A model generated the notes under the pieces. That model was not told the DNA's origin. It saw only the letters and a program-made list of their open reading frames with translations, and did not search any database. The position numbers and the translations under genes were made by a program. A stretch of 51,762 bases of DNA from Asterionella formosa (Eukaryota): positions 1 to 51,762 of the forward strand of contig NKIB01013776.1 in assembly GCA_002256025.1 (NCBI GenBank), written 5' to 3'. Within the stretch, counting starts at the first letter, position 1; the number at the start of each line of letters is the position of its first letter. This document shows positions 24,696 through 36,406 of the stretch, one piece after another.

Positions 24696-24789
24696 TGTTT
24701 TCTTAACATCTATGAGATGTTTTGCATTGTAGAAGTCTCACACTAGCTAACTATTTTTTATGTAAATACTAAGTATGCATTGGATTCTA

Positions 24790-25681
24790 TTAGATCCATA
24801 CAAAATCAACGTCGTCATCAATGACCCATTGAAAAATGCGGTTATTGTAATCAATATTCTTCTCAGGTACATTTGGTTGAAGTGGTTCAACATATTGATG
24901 CATATACTCATCACTTACGTTGTGAAATGAGAAGTATGAGTGTGGGTAGATGATATTTGTTGTGGAAGTAGCAATTCCACTAGGATTCCTTCCATATTCA
25001 GATCGATTCTTTTGTGAAAGTCCAGTGTAGATTTCCTTATAATAACCGAGTAAATCATCAGTCCATTGATCTGTGAGACCATTTGAAACTGAAATTTCTT
25101 CCCTCACACTTTTTTGATAAGTGGTTTCCCACCAATTTCGACAAAATCAGTAGAATGACGAATATGGTTCTCTGAAATTTCTTGCGTATCTGGATTGAAA
25201 CCCAAATATTTTTGTTGCAATCGGAATTTTCCTTTCAGCACCAAGAAGCAAAATGCTTCTGTACTGGCAATGATCAGCGAACCAACAAAACGTGATTGCA
25301 ATTCACAATGTGCCCAAAGACTTAGTTGAAATTTGGTCACACCAGATTTGTCTCCTGTTAAAAATGGTTTTCCACGGCTTGTCCTGCCTATAAAACACAC
25401 TGGATTAAGAACGATTCTCTTTCGGGACCTGGAAAAAGCACATTAGATTGATATTCTGTTTTACAGTACCTGCAATTCACGATCAAACCTACATGTTCAC
25501 AGCAAAACTTCTTGGTCTTGAAAATAAAACTTACAACATTTGTGACAATTGATGGTTCAATTTTAGCTAAGCCGGAACGACGTTCTGATAAGGCTGCTGA
25601 AACTGAAGATTCTTGATAACCTTGTATGGACGAGTTTTGAACCGAATTACGACCTTTGTAGTGATTGAGCTCATTTACCAA
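24790..25681 (-). pseudogene. Fragmented ORF of unknown function, probably transposon cargo
   Basis: Three consecutive same-strand ~100-aa fragments separated by a frameshift and a stop, back-to-back with the transposase remnant at 25760. Confidence 0.4.
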
Positions 25682-25759
25682 TTGAAAATTTCCTTTGGCA
25701 AGTGCAAAATTTTTTTCCCTCAGTTTGTCATGTACTTGTTGGTCCGTGCAATTAGAAAG

Positions 25760-26104
25760 TTTATGATGGCAGGACTGCTACGTGATTCCGATATCATGCA
25801 ACATTTTGTATGTCACCCACAAATGAAACTTACAACTTGTGGAGAACGCATGCATATATGACAAAGTAACTTCCGCGACTTGGTTGAAAATGCATTCAAC
25901 AATTCTCCTGCATCAGAAAATGGAGTGTTGAAGACAGGGTGTTTATTTGTTGCCCTAGCAGTTTTCAGTGATGGTGAGGGCTCACCTATTGATAAACAAA
26001 TGAAACATTCCGAGCATCCGTTTTTGTTGACAATGTTAAACTTAACGTTAGAAGGAAGGGAAAAAATGGATGGATGGCAATTGGTATCTTTTATCAGTGG
26101 ATGA
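25760..26104 (+). mobile_element. Plavaka-like transposase remnant
   Basis: LLRDSDIMQHF...TTCGERM / ENAFN..PASENG.LK.G.LFVALAVFSD...IDKQMKHSEHPFLLTMLNL......DGWQLVSFI. This fits the Plavaka pattern (catalytic D...HP...T..N...W..l.fi) and is homologous to 46730-47099. Confidence 0.65.
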
Positions 26105-26809
26105 GAGGCTGTTGGTACTCTGTTCTTTCCTGTACTCGAATCCTATGATATTTTAAGGTCCTTTTCCTTTGCTGCACAAAAGTTTCCCAATATGAAAAAT
26201 GAGTTTGTCAAGAGATTTCGTGATTACCATTTTCACTCAATACCTAGCAAATCAATAATCCTTTTTTATCAACATCAGAAACATAACTAAATTTTAATGT
26301 TTTCTTTTGTTTACTAAAAAAATCGAAAAGTATAGGAATTTTTTTTACTATTGTTGAAATCATCAGTTAAGTTACCAGTATTTACTTCATCTCAACCATT
26401 TGTATGTACATACATTGACCACAGTGCGTGTCTATTGTTTTTGTATATGGCTCGCATAGGCAGCATAGCGTTACGTTTAACAGCTGTCCACAAGTTTGCC
26501 ATATATATGCTATGCTCTTCGTGTAAATATGACACTCGCAGTAGGCAGAACTGAGCGGTACCAGGGTACTCCCTCTGAGCGAAAATAGTTGGAGCGATTT
26601 GCAGCGACTCAAGTGCCCAGCAGCCTATTTTTAGGACGGCTTACGTAGAAAACATACCATTTTTCTACGTAAGGATTGGCTGCTAAATTTTTGTTTTGTT
26701 TTTTACATACATGTGAGTATAAAAATGTCAATCCTTAATTAAATTATTAACATCTAAATAAATTTTCGAAACCAATTTATACGTAAATTCATTGGTGTAT
26801 GTACATGGC

Positions 26810-27210
26810 GCCAAATGCAGTTTTTTAATGGCCGGCAATTCAAGTATTTGTGTGGAATGGAATAAAGCATGTCACTAACAGTATTAATATATTTTTTATG
26901 AATAGAATCACAATCATTACATATACTCTTTTCATTTTTTTACATATTACATGGACCATGCCACCAAATATTTTACGATTCCAATCATCAAAACGAGCAT
27001 ACCAGCTTCCTTCCCATCACCACCACTTTCGTAGTTGCACATTACATGATCAAATACAAGTTACCATTGTTCTAATGCTAAATCCTACTTCATATGTATA
27101 TTGAGAATAGATGGTTTGAAGAAAAATTGGTCCTCATGCAGCATGTGCATTTTGCTCGAGATGGCCACACTAAGTGAACATCGAAAAAGCCCAAAAAGGT
27201 TTTTTGAAAC
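26810..27210. repeat. Dispersed ~400-bp repeat, copy 2 (homologous to ~9270-9650)
   Basis: Same collinear blocks as copy 1, same orientation. Confidence 0.7.
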
Positions 27211-27589
27211 ATATATATTATGCAAGGACCTGTCATATCGTGATTTTTCTCGTGTTGGAATAGTATAGTAGGAAAAACAGTGCAGCAAGGTAGACAAAAA
27301 CTGGCAGTCAAGCTATGCAAACTGCCGGGGCCCCGCCCTTTGGGGAATCTTCGGGAAAAACAGAGTCATCACCATGGCGAAAACGCAAGCGCTCATAGCA
27401 GTTTACGAAGATACAGGCAAATTGCCAGCATCATCATCATCGCTTATTAGAGGAACAAAGGATGTAAATAGATGCGATCCAATCACTGGCAGAATAAGGA
27501 AAATACAAGCACTAAACACGATGTTGAACTACAATCATGATGATCTGTAGATGGAGCTAGCGCCAAAATGATAGAAATTTGCATTGCAT

Positions 27590-28170
27590 CTTGCCAAATC
27601 AAGAGAAACCACAAGAAAGTGTATTGAAATGAAAGAAAAGAAACCAATGACTTATGGTGAAAGCCAAGCAATGACATCAGCAAAAATCAAGCAGGGCTTC
27701 CGACGAAAACCAAGGAATGACGCAATGAAGGACAGCTGGCGTAGCTGAATGACTATATGAGAGACAGTCAAGGACTACTGGCAAAGCCAAAGAGTGGCGA
27801 CAGCAACAAATCAAGGAAAGCCTCCCGAGAAAGCCAAATGACAAGAGAAAAATTACCACCGGAGAAAGCCAAGCAAAAGACATGACATACAAATCAAGGA
27901 CTCCCGGCAAAATCCATAGGATGAAATTAGAGAACAATCAAGGAATACCGGAGAAAACAAAATGAAATGAGAGAAAAATCAAGGACTACTGGTAAAAGCC
28001 AAACACTGGCATTAGCGACAAATCAAGAACTACTGGAAAAAGCCAAAAGACATGAGTGACAAATCAAGACCGAGCTATTTCTAACAAAAGCAAAGCAGTG
28101 AAATAAGAGAATAATCAAGGACTACCGGAGAATGCCACAAAATGACATCAGAGAAAAATCAGAATCCGAG
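27590..28170. repeat. Degenerate ~40-45 bp minisatellite
   Basis: Recurrent aaatcaaggactac(c/t)gg..aaagccaa motif at ~27768, 27808, 27891, 27936, 27975, 28020, 28061, 28113. Confidence 0.75.
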
Positions 28171-28609
28171 GATTCATGAGAAAAAACCAATCTATGAAAC
28201 TCAACTAGGCAGAGTGGGGCCTAAACGGAAATCTTCCACCCAATAAGCACTCACAATCCCATTCTCCGACTGATTTTAGAAGTGCTGTGATAGAGAATTG
28301 AACCAGCAACGAAGCTACCTCGATTTTTTACAAATACTTCCACTTGCAGAAGTGACTGCCAGCCACCCCAAACTTTCCACTACCCCAACTTATAAGGGCC
28401 ATGGAGTGCAATGAATACAAATCTAGAAATAGACTAGTAAGAATGCGCTTTAAAAATGAATAAAATATACATAGAGCTGTAGCTAAGCACAAGGTACACA
28501 CAAGGGCATTGAGCTGAAGAAATGGCCATTGAGAGTTATAGAATTGACTCAATTTTCTTCTCCCAGAATTAGTATGTTGCAGTTCAATTGAATGTCTGCT
28601 GATGGTTTC

Positions 28610-28904
28610 TAGCAGAGAAATATTGCAAGATACCTCTGGTCTGGTCATTCAATGGTGACCTGACACAGTATGGTGGAAATATGTATGACCAATACTTACA
28701 TATATATGTTGAACCTATGGATTTACAGCAGACAGCCAACTGCTACCAGCAGTAAACCAACAGGGTGTGAAATTAATTTATAGAGCACACATTAGTAGAA
28801 TTAAACATTTGTAAATGCTTTTCTCTCTGTCTCGCGAGGATGATTGGGTTCCTTGTGATTTGCACTGCAGTTGCTCATACCGTGTTTCCACTTTCCTTTA
28901 CTAG
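28610..28904. repeat. ~295-bp direct repeat, copy 1
   Basis: High similarity to 29745-30047, including the shared exact block tatgttgaacctatggatttacagcagacagccaactgctac. Confidence 0.9.
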
Positions 28905-29744
28905 TTCTTTATCAGACCTTCCCGCTATGACCACTCTGTGGACCCATTGTAATTTTACGCAGATTCAATCTGGTCAAAGCAGCTGTTGTTGCAAACCAAA
29001 AGTCACTGTGTTGAAGCGCGCCTCAGTAGTTTGCGCCTCTTGCCGCATTTGCTGTTGTATCTCTCTCCCAGAACTCCCCACAGCTGTCCAAACTGAGGTT
29101 TTGATTGACTGTGTCCCCCTTAATTAAGCACACACGCTAATCTACTATACCGAATATAAAAGGACAATCAATCTCTTGACACCCACATGAGGATAAGAAG
29201 GGGCACTCATTACACCCATAAGAGTCTAACAAGGGGTAGCACTCATTTCAATACCATGTTCCTTTGTTACCACCCCACCATGTCTTCCCACCTTGCATGC
29301 ATCGAGAACCCCTAGCTTGCCGATTTCCTCAATGGGGGAGGGGAGATATCTGGTTATGGTGGATCTAGCCTACACAGATGCATCACAACCCCAACAAGAG
29401 TATAACATGAGGTTTCTTTTCTTTATTATTTTACTCTCCCAACAACTAGCTACGGACTCCCTTTGCCAGCCTGTATGACCCTACTCTATGGAGGGGGGAG
29501 AGATTGTGATCTTGGATTTTCTTCTTTTCACCAGCTACTTATCACTGGAACACCACAAATAAGGGAGATATGTCCCATGATGGCAGAATAGCAGAAAGGG
29601 GAGATTATTGCACCACAGAAACCAAGCAAATGAATTGGTGAGACACTTCCTCATATTTGTTCCATATTTTAAGATTGATTCCACAGCAAACCTGGGTAAT
29701 CTTGTGGCACCCATACATTGATTAACAGCTTGAATGAAGGGGAG

Positions 29745-30047
29745 TAGCAGAGAAATATTGCAACATACCTCTGGTATAGTCATTCACTGGTGAACAGGCA
29801 CAGTATGGTGGAAATATTTGTGACCAATATACTATATATGTACCGATATGTTGAACCTATGGATTTACAGCAGACAGCCAACTGCTACTGGTACCAGCAG
29901 TAAAACCAACAGGGTGTGAAATTAATTTGTAGAGCAAACAATCGTAGAATTGAACATTTGGTAAACATTTTCTCTGTCTGGCGATGATTGGGTTCCTTGT
30001 TATTTGCACTGCAGTTGTTCATACCGTGTTTTCATTTTCCTCTACTG
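29745..30047. repeat. ~300-bp direct repeat, copy 2
   Basis: See 28610-28904. Copies are 1135 bp apart. Confidence 0.9.
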
Positions 30048-30265
30048 GTAGTACCGGTAGTTAATGTCCACAAGCAAAATGAAATATACCGATCATCTAT
30101 ATCAATACCCGTATATTATATCTATGCACACTGCGTAGACGTCATCATGGTTACTTGTCATACTTGAACTTCCAGAAAAGCAATCGTCACGGATTATTTC
30201 CTTGGTTCCCCTTCACTTCAGGCGTTCTAAACATCAAGTTCGTCGCGATCACCTTACCGAGAATC

Positions 30266-31724
30266 ATGAAGCTTTCGGTGTCTCTCTTCCTCCTCAGCAT
30301 CGGCAGTGCTTCCGCACTTGTTCCCATCTCGGGAAGCAAAGGCACTGGCGAAGGGTGGTTGATGAACCCTGCCTCTCCCGTGAACTCAGCAGCGTCGCTC
30401 AAGAAGACGCTCGCCAAATCTCTCGAAGGAACCGACTTTCAAAAGCGCCTCTCTCTGTTGGGTTCTACTGGGAGCATTGGAACACAAACACTGGAGATTG
30501 TCGATGCCTGTCCTGATAATTTTGTCGTGGACGCGCTGTCTGCCGGAACAAATGCCCGCCTAATGGCAGAACAAGTTATGAAGTATTCCCCCAAGGTGGC
30601 CTCGCTTGCAACTGAAGCAGCCGCTGCCGAACTCAAGGATATCTTGTCACAAATGGGATGCAAGAAAATGCCCAAAATCATGTTTGGGGACGAAGGCATA
30701 TTGGCAGCTGCCACTGTGGATACAGCCGATACTGTCGTGACTGGGATTGTAGGAGCTGCTGGACTCAAGCCAACAATTGAAGCTATCAAGCTTGGGAAGG
30801 ATATCGCTTTGGCCAACAAGGAGACGTTGATTAGTGGAGGACCTGTGATCAATCCATTAGTGCAGAAATATGGAATTACCATGTCACCTGCTGACTCGGA
30901 ACACTCTGCAATCTTTCAGTGCTTACAGGGAGTTCCAGAAGGCGGACTTCGTCGTGTCATCTTGACTGCATCTGGAGGGGCCTTCCGAGACCTGTCCAAG
31001 GAGGAATTATTTACTATGTGTAAGGAGGATCCAAGAGCGGTCCAGTCCAAGGCAACGACACATCCCAACTGGGATATGGGAGCCAAGATTACGTTGGACA
31101 GCGCAACAATGATGAACAAAGGATTAGAGGTACGTGCCTTATATTCATTCATGATTTTTAAGGCTTGTCGCCAACTGCTTATTTTTTCCGCAGGTCATCG
31201 AGGCTCATTATTTATTTGGCGCAAGCTACGACGATATTGATATTGTAATCCACCCTCAATCCATAGTTCACTCGATGGTGGAGACCCAAGACACAAGCTG
31301 CATGGCCCAACTCGGATGGGCCGATATGAGACTGCCCCTAGCCTACTCCGTTTCTTGGCCTCACAGATTAAAGCTACCATATAGACCCCTTGATTTGGCA
31401 GAATTGGGCCAACTCACTTTTTTTAAGCCAGATCACGAAAAGTACCCTTGTATCAAACTTGCTTACGCCGCCGGACGAGCAGGAGGAACCATGACGGCTG
31501 TCCTGAATGCTGCAAATGAAGCTGCAAATGAAAAGTTTCGTTCAGATGTGGGACTCGGATTCTTGGATATTCCAAAATTGGTGGAAAGTGCCATGGAGGC
31601 GCACAAAGAAGAGCTGAAAGTGGATGAAGTGGACTTGGAAGATATCTTGTTCTTTGACAAATGGGCACGAGACCATGTGGACGCGGCAGTCTCAAGGCTT
31701 GATTCAAAACTACTAATTGTATAG
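30266..31724 (+). CDS. dxr: Plastid 1-deoxy-D-xylulose-5-phosphate reductoisomerase, 2 exons, ~464 aa
   Basis: Motifs [78 protein letters not shown] intron at 31130-31193. The presequence [20 protein letters not shown] is ASAFAP-type. Confidence 0.97.
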
Positions 31725-31921
31725 ACAAGACAAGGAAAATTTCATAGTTGAGGAATGCAAGGGATATCAACGGCAAGGATTTGTTACGCCTGGGTATTAC
31801 ATAATATCGTTCCAAACCAGTCCATTGCCTAAATGCATGGTGTTGTGCACCGATTTGTCGTATTGTCATTGACAATCTGATGCACAGATGTTCAATGTCG
31901 TTAAGCAAAACTGTCGAAACA

Positions 31922-33281
31922 CTATTCCTTTTTGTGCTCTTCCTTAGTCTTCACAGCTCGAGCAATTCCATCATCTCCAATGCACAAACAACGCTTCGCT
32001 GCTATGACTTCGTCGGTCACCACATTGATCTGCCCAGCAGACAGAACAACGAAATCAATCTTCTGCTTCTCCAAAAACATGAGATCAGCCTTTTCTGGCG
32101 CCTCCGCAATCACATCGTCTACACTAGTCGCTGCGCAAGCATTCAGCACCATGTCTGCCTGTTTTTCGCCTGGGATCCCAACGATTAACTTGGATCCCAT
32201 TGCCTTAGCTTGCATCCAAAATTTAAGAGTTTTGTGATCAAATGAATCCACCTTTCCGTTGACATAAATGACTCGAGTCTTGACCTTTCGACGAACCGAC
32301 TCGTAGGCTAATGGCACTGCAAGAAACAGAAAAAGCAATCCCAGATATCGACCCCCAGGGAAAATAAAAAGCGCAGTTCCAACCATTTCAAATGTTTGTT
32401 TCGCCTTCCCAACACTATCAGCCTGTGGAATGGATTAGAATACCGCAGTTGATATCGACGCTGTTGCCTAATTTTGCGTGGATACTCACCTTTACGGCAC
32501 TTGTCGAAAAGTCTAAACCCTCGACTAGTGGGGCGGATACACCTCCTGCCGTGAAAAACGCTCTAAATCGAACGCTTCCACTAGCAGTTTCTGCCAAAAT
32601 GAGACACCAAAGTGTCAAGTATTGCAAGGTTCGAACATAGCTACTTCCTGGAACAGTAGAGAGCAAGAAGATCCAGCAGGGAATAACAAAGGCCTTGTCA
32701 CAAACAGCGTCAATAAAGCCACCGTATGTACGGTTTTGGTGAGTTATATTCCAAGATGTAATCTTGTGAGGAGATCCGGTCGAAACAACCTCTGAAAGTA
32801 GCAACCATTAGCGCAAGATATGTTGCAATGACACCTTCCAGTCTGAAAAAACATAGAATCACGTACCGTAACTATCATCGTCGACTGGGGATGAACTTCG
32901 TGATGGCTTTTCTTTCGAGGCCAAGGCTTCCATTTGTTCTTTCTTCACATCAATCCAGAATCTAGCAACCACGCCATCAAGAAAGTCTCCAAAATCGACA
33001 AAGATGACGAGGAAACTGGGCAACACCAAGTGCCCCCACACCATTAGCAGCAGAGTGGGAATGACCAGCCAGGTACGCGCATAAGTGATAAAATTAGCAG
33101 TGAACCAATCTGGGACGTTCGCCTTGTTTTGGTCGAGCTGCAATCTCAAGACAGCGTTGAGCTTGGAGTAAAAATGCTCGTGAAGAGTCAGAAATGGTTT
33201 GATGACGGACGAAAGGTAGAGTTCAACAATTAAGTCGCCTAAACCGACGAAGGTTGTCACAAGATTGCTCTCGCTTGACAT
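31922..33281 (-). CDS. CDP-alcohol phosphatidyltransferase-family protein fused to a C-terminal cytidylyltransferase-like domain, 3 exons, ~405 aa
   Basis: ATG at 33281; in-frame GT-AG introns at 32792-32866 and 32423-32489 (1218 nt). Motifs AN.IT..R, DFLDGVVAR...G...DAVCDK and GKAKQ. The C-terminus VIYVNG..D.F......AKAMGSKLIVGI...VDDVI.EAP resembles HxGH-class cytidylyltransferases. Confidence 0.88.
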
Positions 33282-35094
33282 TGTGATTCTAATATAGGTT
33301 TCGCTAATTATAAATTGAGACAAGGCGACTCAGACCGTCGAGTGGGAGTCGAGCGACAGGTTAACGAAAAAATTTGGTATGTATTAGAGAAACGATGACA
33401 GCGGCAAAAAAATAAGGCAAGAATATGAAACAGCAGCGCATACATCGTGCAACAAAGAAGCAGTGCAGCAGAACAAACAACATCCAGACAGAACAAATGT
33501 CATTGTATTTGTATACAAGGTAGCACAGGTAGTACAGAACGAGGTCGCTACAAAACTCCGGGCGTGGTACAAGCTATGTGATATAAGTGAAGTTCAATAA
33601 GGAGGTGTTCCACCCCATTCTTTTTATGCATACCCTGGCACCCCGGTCGACCATGAGATACTCCCGGCCGAGCAGCATGATGATTGTCGAAGACATCAAT
33701 TTTGTTATTATTTAGATACATATCACCGATGCTCGTACATGAAGGTATCATGCTCATGCATGATAAACACCCAGCAATTTACCAGGAAGGACGGTTGCGC
33801 GCATTTCAGTTACCATTCACTCCCTATGATTCGTCCCATGTCTGCCGGACGAGATAGGCCAGCCTTTCGATGAAAATCATTTTTGTTATTAAGAAATTAG
33901 GACACGTTACTCTTATTTGACTTGTGATGATTTGCAGAATCAACCTCTGAACACGATTCGGATTTGCTGCTTGTTCAGTTATCCGTTTTATTGCTTCGGA
34001 AAATAATAATAGGAATCATTCTACATTTAGAACTTCTGACAACGACTAGAACTTGCTAACTACGAATAGAATTTGCTGACTACCGGTACCGTTAACATAC
34101 GACTAGAACTTGAGGGCGAATATGAATAGATTTTCTGAATGACCCTCCTGCAAATGAAGTGGTACCTGGTACCAGAACTATCTTAGGTACGTGGTACCAG
34201 ACACCGGAAAACTTGGTAGACTATGTACAGTTTCCATACAGACCGTGTACCGGTGTATACATGGTCAGGCACAACTACCGGTATGTACCTGAGGAAGGTC
34301 CGCTAATCGAGATATGTAGCTATATCTTTTCATAAGTAAACGTGTTTAACCGGACCTTCCTTTGGTACCAGGTCCCAGGTACTATATTTCCACCTACCGG
34401 TAATGGCCATGCTACAGTAATACTGCCATGAACATACGTGACGTTATGTATACCGCACGCACGTACCAATTGCACTTCACAACCGTTGGAATCGTCGGGC
34501 TGGCGACAATTAGCAGTTGAGAGCTGACCCCCCCCAATAATGCCAAGTATGCTACTAACACAGGCGGCACTCGGAGTACATGTCAAGATAACTACACATA
34601 CGTGCCGGTAGTTTACCAGCTATGAGTCGGAAGGCCTGGTAGGATCAAGAACGCAAAGAAATGGATACTCCCCACTATATTTATATAGACTGATGTCAAA
34701 TCTATAACCAAGTTCAACGCCAACACCAACGCACATGCACATTTCCCCACTGATCAAAAGTAAGCAACGGCACAATAATCTCAATTTGACCGGGGTGCGC
34801 GTACGCAAAGGTCAACGATTGCTTGATTTCTGTATGTAATCTAGAATATGATATATTTATGCAGAAAATCTGTCTGTTCAGTATACACAGTATATACGGT
34901 AATCTCCTACATACACAAGCAGGCAGGCCCAGGAAACCAAGTGCAGGTATATATAGAAAATATTGGGATATGCATGGCTGTGATACAACTTCTATGTAGC
35001 GGTAGTAAATGCATTATTTTTGCAAGGCTCACAAATATCTTTCATCCCTGACTCTGTGCTCAGCTTCAATTGATCTCAATTCATCCTCTCTACG

Positions 35095-35802
35095 ATGACT
35101 CCTAATCGTTGCAACATCTATGATACGTTCTGCATCATGTTTGCAATGGTCGCTTTGGGATTCTCCGTGTCTTCTGTTGTCCAGTCGCACCAAATGGACA
35201 GGTCAGCTCCAGAAGCCGCTGACGCTGGCTTGCATCTCCTCTCTTGTCCGAACCTCTTTGATCAGGTTGAATATGGCACCGATGAGAGATACAGGAATAT
35301 TCGTCTAAGTCTCGAAGGTTCTGAGCTTCTCATGGGTGCACTGAAGGACAGCATGGCGCATGCTCGTGTCGTTCATACTGGAAACACAAACAAGAGGAAT
35401 CAAGGTCCCTTCGTAGCTCTCTCGAAAGTCATCGCGGAACAATTTGGACTCGATGCCGATCAATCCGTTGATGTAAATGTTCCTCGCAGATCGGACAGTT
35501 TGCACCTCTGTGGAGTGCTCAAAAATATTGTTGATAACGACAATACCGGGGAACTGGACTCGAAGGTGACCATCAGTATCCTGAAGCTTGAGCGCGAAGA
35601 AGAACCCTCGTTTCTACTTCGGGGCGCCAGGATGGTGGTGGATCATCCCCTTGTCGACAATATCATCGTAAAGCTGTCGGACTTAGACCAGGCTCTGAAG
35701 CATGCCTTGACCGCTTTTCATCAAAAAGCTCAGGCTAGCATCCCTTCTGGATCATCGCCGCAGTTAGAGGGCGAGATTTCAGCTGGTTCCTTGCAATCCT
35801 AA
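35095..35802 (+). CDS. Hypothetical protein with an N-terminal signal/anchor and a degenerate FkbM-like C-terminal segment
   Basis: Intronless 235-aa ORF with a hydrophobic N-terminus. ISILKLEREEEPSFLLRGA...VDNIIVKL weakly resembles FkbM I..LK.DVEG.E..VL.GA....V.NI..E. Confidence 0.7.
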   Translation: MTPNRCNIYDTFCIMFAMVALGFSVSSVVQSHQMDRSAPEAADAGLHLLSCPNLFDQVEYGTDERYRNIRLSLEGSELLMGALKDSMAHARVVHTGNTNKRNQGPFVALSKVIAEQFGLDADQSVDVNVPRRSDSLHLCGVLKNIVDNDNTGELDSKVTISILKLEREEEPSFLLRGARMVVDHPLVDNIIVKLSDLDQALKHALTAFHQKAQASIPSGSSPQLEGEISAGSLQS

Positions 35803-36406
35803 ATTTCTGGATAGTTTTCTATCTACTTTTCGACGCTGTAAATTTATTCTCGCGCTCACTACTATAACCAAACCACCTTTCAACAACAATTTCGTAGTGG
35901 ATAATATCACATCAAATGAAATTTGGCCCACCTGTAACCGACGATATACCCTTTCTTTTATATTTTGGGTAGCCTAGATTTCCAATATATTTTCATTCAT
36001 TGGCAGTTGGACTCAAACACTGAAATTATGATTCAAAACTAAATCTTGACGGCTGCTAAATAAGTTTTGAATGGAATACCAAGGAATTGTGAAGTAATAG
36101 TGGCACGAGACAAAGTGATGAGTAGCACTCATCAGGAGAAACAGGGTCCTACCGCCTTTCACTACTTCCTGTAGCTAGCATATCACATTCTTTTCTTGTT
36201 TTTATGTATTACCCTTTTACACGTAGGAAGGATAAGGCTTCTGCCTAGATAGTATTGATTCTTAATTTCGAATAAAAACTATAAATGTCCTCAATATTCA
36301 ACCATTGCGAAATCCCTATGACTCCCAAGGGCTAAGGAGCCATAACTCAAGCACCGATACCACTCATCATAAAAAGCCCACCACTTCAGCAGAAGTGAGA
36401 GCCAAA

